Shown here: in pieces, positions 53,479 to 64,000 of the stretch
Layout of the letters: each line of letters starts with the position of its first letter
Position numbering within the stretch: position 1 is the first letter of the stretch
Source: Octopus sinensis
Taxonomy: Eukaryota
Reading direction: 5' to 3'
DNA length: 64,000 nt
Assembly (NCBI RefSeq): GCF_006345805.1
Contig: NC_043008.1
Location: 20,088,001 to 20,152,000, forward strand
Program-made: the position numbers and the translations under genes
The notes under the pieces: generated by a model
Database searches by the model: none
Told to the model about the DNA's origin: nothing
What the model saw: only the letters and a program-made list of their open reading frames with translations

Positions 53479-54829
53479 ATTATCATCATCATTAATCTTC
53501 TAAGTAGCCAGCTGGGTCAATCGTTTGAATATCCGAAAATATACTTTCCGTTATTTGTGCAGGTTCTGTACATTCAGAGCTCAAATTCTCACCGAGCTCA
53601 ACATTGCTTTCGGGATTTCGGTATCGGTAACATAAAGTAACACGCAAGTATTAAGGGCAATATTCTAGACAAACACTCTCTCCTCTTTTAAAACATTATT
53701 ATTTAGCTTCTAAAACCTGCAATCCTGCACACGATATGTTTCAGATATATCAGCAATTTACATGTAGTATTATATCCATGTAAACTTGAAACAAAACCGA
53801 AATGAAAAACATCACACAATATTAGTAATAATCTTACAATACCTTTATAGAACTAAGATAACATATAACTTCATGCAATATTCTTATCTCGTTCATTGAC
53901 TAATCACTTTACTGCCAAAACATAACGACAGATATGAAAATAGTCACAGAATAAGTTGGTCTCATTATGGAATCAAAATCCACCATTTATACAGAGATAC
54001 GACAAACGACTATCAGAAGTGAATATGGCATCGTAACTTGCTACAATGGGGAACACTAAATAAAATGCAGCAAATTTAATCAGAGTACCTTGTTGAATAT
54101 TAATACCGTCACCAATCTCATCAACTGTTATAGCAGGTGCCACCTTATCGCACGGCAACAACCCCCACCTCCTTAGCACTGTTGGAATGTTTTTGCTGCA
54201 CTCAAGAAATTCTTGTATACATAAACAATAGAGAAAATACCGATGGTGCTGCAATAGCATCTCAACTAAACTGCTTTTCGTCGTTTTATAACCTTCGCGC
54301 ACAAATAATTCACCAAGGAACAAGTTTTACGTAGACAACAACCTTCGTTCATTGACACAACTGTGGAGAATGGTATCCAGCATCTATTTCTCGGTGGACT
54401 ACGTCATCAACGCAAGACATTCACACATCAATAAATAGTTCCAAAACGCGTTAACGAACTTCAAAAGGAGATAAGCTGCAACGGTTCTACCAGGAACTAT
54501 AACAAAATACAAAGATAGTCGAAGCACGACACTTGATAACATAAATATTGCATTTAATTACCTTTCTCGATTCTGCAACTTCAGGTTCCATCGATGATAA
54601 CATTGTATTTTCTTTCTGTAGAGATTGAGAGAGAAAAAAAACTATTTAACGCCTGAAGATAGTTCGTAGATTATTTCCCCTGCCTACATATCTGAACGGT
54701 ACAAATGAATATCATTGCTTCAGAGCCAACAGTTTTGGGTAATTTGAATTGTTAAGGCGGCCAAAATGTTCTAGGTGGTACATCTTAATTTTTGCGTTGT
54801 GGGTTCCGACCCTGCAGATATCCTTTCCA

Positions 54830-55990
54830 GTGCGATAAAAGAGAGTAAATGCAAGAACTAGATGTCGATGTAATAGAATTGTTTCACTCCCTTCAAAACC
54901 AGAGTGCTTGTACTAAAATTATAAAGAACAACTGCTTAACTTCCCAAGCTAACCTGACATTCCTCTCGACTTTTCTTTTTTCCTTATCGCATACCTTGTT
55001 GTCAGCTGGGCATGCTATATCTATGATCCAGCATAGTTTGTTTTCTTTCTCAATTAAGATTATGGCTGGCTTCCTATTCTCTATCTCATGGTTGCACTGA
55101 ATCATATTATTATTGTCTGATTTGTTGAACAGTAGGCTTATTTTAGCTGTTTAAATTCAATCCCTTTTTTTTTTTGAGAGAGAGAGATGGAAATCATAAC
55201 TCAATATAGATCTTAAAAGAGCATTGCCTAAGAGCAAAAACTCAGAATGCTATATTTCATATGAGTTCCTTTTTGGAACCCTTCTATAATTTTAGTTACT
55301 TTCTTTATTAGATATCTCTCTCACGCTTTCATGTTCTTTTCATAAGAAGACCTTTCAGTTATTGATTCACGTATATTTGCTTGGATCTTGATAGTATATT
55401 TGAATAAATCTGATGATATATTTACTTCGCTACTTATTCACAATCACTGCAGCTTCTTTTATTTAACTTTTCTTAACGATATTGATATTCGTGTTTGTTT
55501 TAAAATTATCTACAATGGCGGTTTTCAGGTTTCCATGTTTATTGTTGTTTTTCTATTCTTGTATATCACTTATTTCCGTCCCCCAAAATAAGTTCATTAT
55601 TAATAATTTTTTAATTCTGTTCTCCATATTATCAAGAACATAATTTCCATTCCTAAAATTTCCTGCTGTTAAATTATGCCCACATACATTTTTGTATTCT
55701 TTTTAATAATCTTTTTTATATTATCAAGGACCTAATTTTCATTCCTAAAATTTCCAGTTGTTAAATTATGCTCATATATATTTTTGCAGTCTTTTTTATA
55801 TTTTCTTTATGTTGTTAAGGTTATATTTCTCTTCTCAACATATATTGCTTCTAGAGTTTAGATATATAATGTTTTGTATTTTACTGTAGTCATGTTAGCA
55901 CTTCTAGCTTCGTAGTTTACCTTCGCATTCTGATTTTCGCTTATATTTTACATTTGGTAGTTATTTCGTGCTCCTTGTATTTTCTAATGC
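54830..55990 (-). mobile_element. Internally deleted R4/Dong-like (RLE-type) LINE
   Basis: 54893-55105 reads MIQCNHEIENRKPAIILIEKENKLCWIIDIACPADNKVCDKEKRKV, the restriction-like endonuclease RKPD...IDIA.P.D...K motif with D changed to A. Joined directly to N-terminal relics; internal ~97-bp duplication at 55620-55790. Confidence 0.8.
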
Positions 55991-56982
55991 ATTTTTTCTC
56001 ATGATTCTTCCACTTCTAATTCTGACTCTTTTGTTTTGTGAATTTATCTACTTTAGTTTGTTAAGTGGCAGACATAAGATCTGCTTTACATACAACTCGA
56101 TGATTTTTTCCAACTTTATTGTGTTTACTGTAATTTGCTGTATGGCTTCCACTAATAGACAAGCAGTAAGAGGGAATAAAAACCAGGAGAGGGAGTGTCA
56201 CTTAATACGCCCCTTTGAAACAAAACAACCATCTAATCTTCGTAAACACGAACGTAACTTTAAAAAAATAGACAAACAGAAACAAAGCAAGATAACGGGG
56301 TAAAATAACAATAAAGTAAACAAAATAATAAAAAACATGCACTCAAAAAGCTAGACGCAATTTAGTGTCTAAAAGCGCAATTTTGCACTACATAAACCAA
56401 TGTAATACGGAGAAAAGACAACAATATCACACACACCCAATCACACACACATACACGCGCTCCCCAACACACGCGTTACTCAAACGGGGAAATGGAAAAA
56501 CAAAGAAAATGTCTTCGTTCGTTGCAGTTACTTTATTCAAAATATTTAGCAGAGAAAGCGTCTGCCGAGCGCAGTCGTATGAATACGACAGTCTCTCATG
56601 ATACGTCGTGAAAAATGGAAACAATCCAAACATTGATAACGGTTTTCTTATTCTCTCGAAAGAGAAGTCCGAGTAGTAAGTAATGCGTGGAATGAGGTAA
56701 TCTCTGTTGATCGGGAAAAAAAACCTAGATCTTTCTGGGTGTTATTGAAAAGAAAGTATGAGGTGAGTAGAGTATGAGGCAGAACTAATGATTACACAAC
56801 TGCCTAGAAAACTGTACCATATTAGATGAGCTGGTTCACCACTTGGTTTGCGAGAAAAAAATATTCGTAACGATGTTGATCGATGACACGTTGTCTTATA
56901 CGAGAACGTAAGGTCCACCGAAGTAACGAAAAACGTATATGATCGTATTACTATTCTCCATGATCAACTTACGGAGCTTTAT

Positions 56983-57200
56983 AAGGCGGCGAGCTGGCAG
57001 AAGCGTTAACACGCCGGGCGAAATACTTAGCAGTATTTCGACTGTCTTTATGTTCTGAATTCAAATTCTGCCGTGGTCGACTGTGCCTTTCATCCTTTCG
57101 GGGTCGATAAATTAAAGGCCTGTTGCGTACTGGGGCCGATCTAATCGACTGACACCCTACCCCAACATTTCGGGCTTTGTTCCTAGATTAGAAAAGAATT
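56983..57200 (+). mobile_element. SINE family A, alternative-tail subfamily
   Basis: Standard head and centre; tail CCCCAACATTTCGGGCTTTGTTCCTAGATTAGAAAAG. Confidence 0.85.
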
Positions 57201-59124
57201 TATGGAGCTTTATGTCTTCATGTATGAAGGATGAAAATGGGTGGAACGAAATGACAAAAAGAACTGTGAGAATTTTCTTTCTATAACTACCTAAAAAGAG
57301 GGAGAGGGAGACAGAGAGTGAGGCAGAATCGGAGTCAGAGAAAGTAAGGGAGACAAATAGGAAGTGGGAATGAGAAAGGAAGGTAAATAGCAGTATAAAC
57401 GTTTCCAACAACAGTTCTAAGATGCAAAACACCCAACACTCTCGCTGCACTTAAAAATGTAATACTGATTGTAGTTTTGAAGCAGTCCAGACCAGACAAT
57501 TCAATTCTTCATTCAACCCCAAAATATAGATGAAGAAAAAAAAAACAAGCAAGACGTAGAACGTTTCTTTTTTTTAAGTAATATAAATCCCATTGTGTTG
57601 CTTTTAAAGAGAGTACATGAATAAAGAACGAAGTGGAAAAATAATGCGGACGGTAAAAAGTGTAACAAATGACTCGCAGAATTGAAATTGATCTGAAGGC
57701 AATTCGAGCAAAAGTTGCACAGTGAAGTCTACGCCCACCCTTACGGACTTCACAGTTCTTCATGTAGCAAGTAAGTAACTGGTGAATGATTTATATAGAA
57801 CTATAGGGATGTATAGAGGCGTCGCCTGCAAATTTTTGGATGGGAAATGCTCAGACTCACTAGATTTCGGAAGAGAGGCTTTTTGTGACAATGCCTTTTC
57901 ATGCTAGAAAACTCCCTGTCCCCCTACATGGCCTTGCTTTTGGTTTTTGAGCCAATAAAAATTGAATTGAATAGAGAGTACTGTATTTTAATTGTAACGA
58001 AGACAAGGTCTTTGACTTGTCCATTCCTAGACATGAAATGCCAGCGAACACTTTTGGAACGAAAGATCTTCAAATCTTGGCGTGGTGGACGAAAGGATAA
58101 AGTAAGCTGTGCTTTCTCTTAAATCGATCTTTTTATACACACACACACACACATACATACACACACGCGCGCGCACACGTACGCACGCATACCCACACAC
58201 GCACACATACTCTCTCTCTTTCTCTCTCTCATACATACACATAAATACACATGCGTATACATACACAGACATAGAAATGCACGCACACAAAATTATTCTC
58301 TCTAAGTGGATCAAAATGAATGAATAAGCATATTGAAAACACGTCAGTTTATCTTTCACTTCATTTTTCAATATATATTTATGTGTATCTGTGTGTGTGT
58401 GAGAGAGAGAGAGTGCGTGCATGTGTCTCTGTAAGAGTGTTTGTTTGTGTGTGTGTGTACGTGTATGTATGAGAGTATGAGTGTGTGTGTGTGTGTGTGT
58501 GTGTTTGTGCGTGTGTGAGTGTGTGCATACACACGTGTTTATGTATTTATCGTTTTTATGTTCACGCTGGCCTACAATTAGATATGGCTTATTTGTATTG
58601 TCACATTAAGTCTACTATCGCTTCAACAATTAGATATCGATTAAGAAACTAGCCTAAAAGAAATATTGGCATTAACATGACAGATAAAGTTTTTGAGGTA
58701 GTTGACCCAGTATGGCCCCGGTACTGTAAGAGAAACCATTTATAGAAACCAAAACAAAAAATAAAATAGAATTTAGCCCCAAGTAGACGAGATGATTGCA
58801 GCTGGTATGCGTTTGATCATAAATACACTAAGTTTGCTTTAACTTGAGGCTAAACAAAAGTAGCAACGTAGATTCACTATATTGCACATTTGGCTCTCTT
58901 ACTTGAATATAATAGCTTTGTTCCCTGTCTACCAGAAACCTAGACGTCTGTGAGTCTAAAAATACGTGAACTTTGCTAATTGGTTAATGCAAACACACTT
59001 AAGTAAGCCGCTTTCTAAATCCGGAATTTCTTATCAAAGAATGATGTTCACAAAGTGAGATTTCCTCCAGTCACAAATCCAAAAGACTAATTCATACACA
59101 TACAATTATAAGTAATATTCATTT

Positions 59125-59332
59125 TTAATATAGGCACAAGGCCTGGAATTTTGTCGAGACGAATAGTCGATGACATCGATCCCAGTACTCAACTGGTACA
59201 TAATTTATCGACCCGGAAAGAATGAAAGACAAAGTCGACCTCGGTGGAATTCGAATCCAGAATATAACGCCGGGCGATATAGTGCTAAGTATGTCGCCCG
59301 GCGTGCTAACGACTCTGCAAGCTCGCCGCCTT
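59125..59332 (-). mobile_element. SINE family A, alternative-tail subfamily, diverged
   Basis: Tail AAAATTCCAGGCCTTGTGCCTAT on the minus strand. Confidence 0.8.
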
Positions 59333-59360
59333 ACAAATATAAGTTATAATAAGTCCATAA

Positions 59361-59648
59361 AAGGCGGCGAGCTGGCAGAAACGTTAGCACCCCGGGCAAA
59401 ATGCTTAGCGGTATTTGGTCTGCCGCTACGTTCGGAGTTCAAATTCCGCCGAGGTCGACTTTGCTTTTCATCCTTTCGGTGTCGATAAATTAAGTACCAC
59501 TTACACACTGGGGTCTATGTAATCGGCTTAATCTGTTTGTCTGTCCTTGTTTGTCCTCCCTGTGTTTAGCCCCTTGTGGGTAGTAAAGAAATAAGTATTT
59601 CGTCTGCCGCTACGTTATGAGTTCAAATTCCATTGCCTTTCATCCTGG
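59361..59648 (+). mobile_element. SINE family A monomer plus truncated second monomer
   Basis: Head-to-head with the previous copy, 28-bp spacer. Confidence 0.9.
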
Positions 59649-60271
59649 AAAAGAATACTAAGTCCATGAGATAATTAATGATGTTAATTATCTCAACCCA
59701 GACCATAGAAAGTTATATTTAAAGCTGCTTCAGCGGTAACCAACTCAGTCTCTTCTGTATCGCACCTTACATTTTCGGTGGTGTTCTCTTAGTTTTAAAT
59801 GTAATTTGATGTAGGTGTAGCTGCTATCACTAACAGATCGTGCGACGCCCGTATGTTTCTATCGTTGCATTTCATATGCATTTTATCTGCCATTTTTCAA
59901 CTGCAACTACTTGAGGTAGCTAAGCTGAAACAAAATGCATTTAAGAAAAGCCGCTCGGTAACAAAATACTCAATGAATGTTCTTCTTCATGCTGCTGTTG
60001 TTGTTATTGATGTCCATTTTCCTGTTGTTGTTGTTGTTGCCGTTGTTGTTTTTGTTGTTGTCTTACTCAGGCTAGCTTTGATCGAGAAGACCTACAGAAG
60101 AAATCTTATAGGGGCTTTTAACATGCACAATAGTTATAAGATTACGTTATCTAATAAGTCTGAAATAGAGAAAGACAAAAAAGAACCTTATGATGCTTCT
60201 ACGAAAATTTAGCTACTCTTTCTAGCAGAATCGTATTTCCGAAACAGAAACGACCAATAATATTTCTATTC

Positions 60272-60401
60272 GTCCGAGGTCGACATTGCTTTCATCCTTT
60301 CGGGGTCGATAAATTAAGTACCAGGAGCGTATTGGAGTTGATCTAATCGATTGGCCACCTCCCACAAAATTTCGAGCATTGTGCATAGAATAGAAAAGAA
60401 T
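60272..60401 (+). mobile_element. SINE family A 3' half, alternative tail
   Basis: ccgaggtcgacattgctttcatcctttcggggtcgataaattaagtaccag...cccacaaaatttcgagcattgtgcatag. Confidence 0.8.
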
Positions 60402-61152
60402 AAATAATATTTCTGAAATATGAATTGTATTTAAATACATGTTGTTGTTTAACGGAAATTTGACTGCAGCATAACGGATCTTTCTTAGAAGTAATTCCAC
60501 GTTTTTACCATTTTTTAGGATTGGGGACTTAGATTTTGATTATCTTTGTCGAATATGTCTTTAATTTTGTAATATGTATTAATGGATTTTAGGGAGATTT
60601 GGGCACTATGTCTAGCATGTCTGCCTTAAAAAAATAGAAGACAGGTCTTTGGAAAGAAAGATTGTATATATAATTAATACTTAATGTATTTCTGGCAGAA
60701 TTGTGTATAACAAAGCAAGAAAGGAAACTCAACAAGGTGATCTGGCATGTCCGGTAGGAGTAATAGGTAAATGATTTTCTCTCAACAACACCGTGATGAC
60801 AGCATGAGGAAAACGAAAATTAGAAAAGATAGAAACAAATGCGAAATAAGCGACAGTATACTAGGATTGCAATAAAGCTAAACTCTATAGCAAAAACACG
60901 CACCCAGACATGCACACACACGCACACACACATACACACACACACACACACACACGCACAAACCTGAAAGAAAGAGAGAGAGAGGGGTAAAGAGAGAGAG
61001 AGAACCAGAGAAAATGTTGCCATACTTTTTTGGCACACCTTTGTCTGTACAAATTGAACCGAAAAGTTATTTAATAAATATCAAAACGTACTTTCTAACT
61101 CACTCATGTTTGTACAAATGCATACATATACATGTATGGTGTATTTATATAT

Positions 61153-61227
<75 letters not shown>

Positions 61228-61433
61228 GTATGTATGTATGTGTATATATATTTGTGTAGATATATCCATTTATATATATATATACATACCTATATGTGTC
61301 TATATATGGAGAATCAGCCTGGGGTTAAAACAGTAGTAAAATTCAGCTGCCATTTTGATGTGGCGACTGGCTCTACCGTTTACTATACGTTACTACTTTA
61401 TCTCTTATTGAAATTTTATAACTAGTTACTTGG

Positions 61434-61481
<48 letters not shown>

Positions 61482-62170
61482 CGTGCATCTGCGGAGTGTG
61501 TGTGTGAATATGTGTTACGTGTGCATGTTTAAGTTTTTTCTAATTTCCTTGTCAAATTTTAATAATTTATGCACTGACATCGATCTGTTTCAAAGTCTTC
61601 AAACCAATGTGTAATGTGAGCCTCGCTTCTCAGCGAGCCGAAGTGAATAATTGATGCACGAATAAGTAAGTTTGTGATATTTATTTTCTTCCCTATTTAT
61701 CTATTAATTAGCATGTTTATTTCCAATTTGCGTTTCCGACAATGATGTAATGAGTGCATCTCGGAAGGAAACTTACCTGCCTTTGTGAGTATTCACACAA
61801 ACCAAACACACACACACATACACGTGGATTTATATATACGTGCACATACATACATAGAAACATCATACGTATATACATTCATACATACATATGTACATAT
61901 ATAAATATTTATATATATATAGTTATATATATATATATATAGTTATATATATATATATATATAGTTATATATATATATATATAGTTATATATATATATTA
62001 TATATATAGTTATATATATATACAAAGAGCAATAAAGATTCAAGTTAATTTAAAAAATTTACTTGAATATGGTACCTAACTTAGATGCACCAAAAAAAAC
62101 TATACTGATTTAACAATACAGTAATGTGGGGTGATTATAAGCGAGAAAGAAGCAACAAGAATGGATAGGT

Positions 62171-62261
62171 TTTTAGTACGATCGTTTCATACAAGGACAG
62201 GTTTTATTAAAAGTTGCAAAGATTACAGCATATAAACGAGTCCTGTACTCATCAGCTAAAA
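62171..62261 (-). ncRNA. Type I hammerhead ribozyme with extended stem II
   Basis: TTTTAG-CTGATGA-[GTACAGGAC...GTCCTTGTAT, 60 nt]-GAAA-CGATCGT-A-CTAAAA. Helix I 6 bp, intact CUGAUGA and GAAA, palindromic ACGATCGT helix III, GUA site with predicted cut 3' of 62177. Confidence 0.85.
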
Positions 62262-63633
62262 TACATGTAAGTTCTCTAGACATCCTAGTGTTTGAGGCTA
62301 TACTCATGAAGTAATGTAGATAATTAAACAGATTTCTAAAGTTCATTAAAGTTCTTTAAGATGATGTATAGTCTTATCACAGAATTTTAAAAGTTTTGAT
62401 AGCATCACAGAGAAGGTGACCTAATCCATATGAATTTCCATAGATATGATGAGGGATTATATACTCACAGAAGACAAATTTATCCATTGTTATTAGCATT
62501 ACAGAGAGGGTGAATTAATCCTTTGTATATATGCACATATTCCAATGGTGTAGATGTAATTTCCAGAGAAATGGAGATGAATTTCATATTCACAGGCGAT
62601 AAATTTTACAATGGTTGAACACAATGAGGTAGGTACCAATCCTTGTTATATGATTAGGTGTTTGCCATATTAATCACATTACTGCTATTCACAAGAGGCT
62701 GTAGCTATTTAACTCTTAAAGGCTGAAGGGCTTACTAGATCGGCCAAGAATAGAGAAGGGAATAGAAGAAAAGAGAGAAAATAATGAAGGAGGGAGCAAA
62801 AAGGGGGGGGGACTAAAAGAGAAGAGAAAAGGAAACAGAGAATAAGAAGAAGAAGAAAGAAAGAGAAAAGAGAAAGAAAGGGAAAGAAGGGAAAAAAGAG
62901 AAAAAGAAAAAAGAGGGTTCTAGTTATACAGAAGAGCTAGTAGACTGTAAGTCTGGTTTTAATCAACAGGCATCTAGGAACTAGAGGGGAATATTATTCT
63001 TTGACCAGTAACCGTTAATTTATTGCTGTTGAAATCAGCTATGAGTTTAAAGAGAATCTAAAGAGATAACACAGTCAGGGGTTAAGGGGTCAGATGCTAA
63101 AATCACCAGAAAATACATTAGGAAAATCTAAGTATAATCTTATCAAAAAGTCATTAAAAATTTACTTATTTAATTTATTCATTTTATTGTCTTAAGGAGT
63201 TGTCGTTATTATTCATACATTGACTGACTACAGGTCAAATCTTATAAGATCATTTACAAGGTGTTAGGGGATTGTCTATCATAATGAAGATAATCATATT
63301 ATCACCGAGGGAATAGCCTTATTTATTTAATTATGAAATAGAATTATGGGGCTACAGTAACTAATTATAATTTATTAGAGTTATGCTATTAAATTAGATT
63401 AAGTTAGGAATTAAAATTAAATATTACAATTAAGATTTAAAATTAAGAATTTAAAAATTGTGAGTTTGAAATTAAATAAAGCCTCATTAAGTAGCGATAA
63501 GTACTATTCATTTCCTGTTCTCAAAAACTGATGCAGATATAAGGAAAAGATAAAGATAACTGTAATGTGAGAACTCTTAGTTATCTACTTAAAGCAGTGC
63601 TATACTAGTAGAAATCAAGTTATATCTATCTAT

Positions 63634-64000
63634 CTAGTTATGAATATTCCAATCATTAAAATATTTTAAAGTCTTCAATTTAGCGTGGACACAAACTTGA
63701 CCTAGTTCGATATGGTTATTCAATAAGTTTCTATGTTTACTATGCTTTAGAATTTCGTACGTCTCCATGGAGCATAGTTGACAACCAACCCTACTATTTT
63801 TATACGGAATTGCTCTCCTAACTATTTCCCAATTAAGGGTATAATTTTTGTTATTATTTTTGAGTTCCCAGATTTTGTTTGAAAGTGTGGTGGTACCAGC
63901 TTTATGACGTAATTTAAAAGTCGAGATGTGATTTCTAACTCTGGCTAAAAAATTAATTGTACAGCCAATGTAAAAATATTGTTATTCTCCGTGGATATGG
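63634..64000 (-). pseudogene. C-terminal GIY-YIG endonuclease domain of a Penelope-like element
   Basis: My translation: IHGE*QYFYIGCTINFLARVRNHISTFKLRHKAGTTTLSNKIWELKNNNKNYTLNWEIVRRAIPYKNSRVGCQLCSMETYEILKHSKHRNLLNNHIELGQVCVHAKLKTLKYFNDWNIHN*. It has YIG, R..H, LS.KIWELK, W.I, CxxC, E, LLN and C.H. One in-frame TAA at 63982-63984; 115 open codons from 63981. Confidence 0.85.

Larger units (their letters stand above)
62022..64000 (-). mobile_element. Penelope-like retroelement, 3' portion (continues beyond the right edge), ending in (TA)n
   Basis: GIY-YIG endonuclease frame at 63634-64000 plus a type I hammerhead 1.4 kb downstream on the same strand, the known PLE combination. Confidence 0.85.

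Noticed and set aside
53973-54323. 116-aa minus-strand ORF with ordinary composition
   Set aside because: Non-ATG start, no recognisable motif; a few frames this long are expected by chance in 64 kb.
70-59488. Recurrent ORFs such as RNWYLFNRP...RRNLNSER and [14 protein letters not shown]
   Set aside because: Translations of SINE families A and B, not a gene family.
1669-61942. The many YI/CV/HT/poly-L/poly-I/poly-T ORFs in the track
   Set aside because: They are translations of (TA)n, (TG)n, (ATT)n, (GTA)n and (CTT)n repeats, which lack stops in some frames.
62040-63600. Mitochondrial insertion (NUMT); GLGHLLCDAIKTF looked ND1-like
   Set aside because: Stops in all frames even with the invertebrate mitochondrial code and wrong motif spacing; better explained as the PLE 3' region.
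62022-63633. SECIS element downstream of the GIY-YIG ORF
   Set aside because: The ATGA sites I checked by eye lack a proper helix II with AA loop and GA quartet, and no in-frame TGA is visible. A SECISearch run would be decisive.

Overview
AT-rich eukaryotic intronic or intergenic DNA, almost entirely repeat-derived. The SINE families and microsatellite load look like an octopus (coleoid cephalopod) genome; this is inferred from my recognition of the repeats, not from a search. I recognise no host protein-coding exon, tRNA, rRNA or CRISPR array, and nearly all listed ORFs are microsatellite or SINE artefacts. The window holds dozens of tRNA-derived SINE copies in about five modular families, a decayed Tc1/mariner transposase, R4/Dong-like and RTE-like LINE relics, two Helentron-type non-autonomous elements, MITE-like inverted repeats and a 3.25-kb polypyrimidine higher-order repeat. 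The most notable signal is missed by the ORF track. The last 2 kb are the 3' end of a Penelope-like retroelement on the minus strand, with a GIY-YIG endonuclease frame followed by an extended 3' region carrying a fully foldable type I hammerhead ribozyme with a 60-nt stem II. At least three other small repeat families in the window carry minimal or decayed hammerhead-like motifs. Coordinates of decayed elements are approximate.
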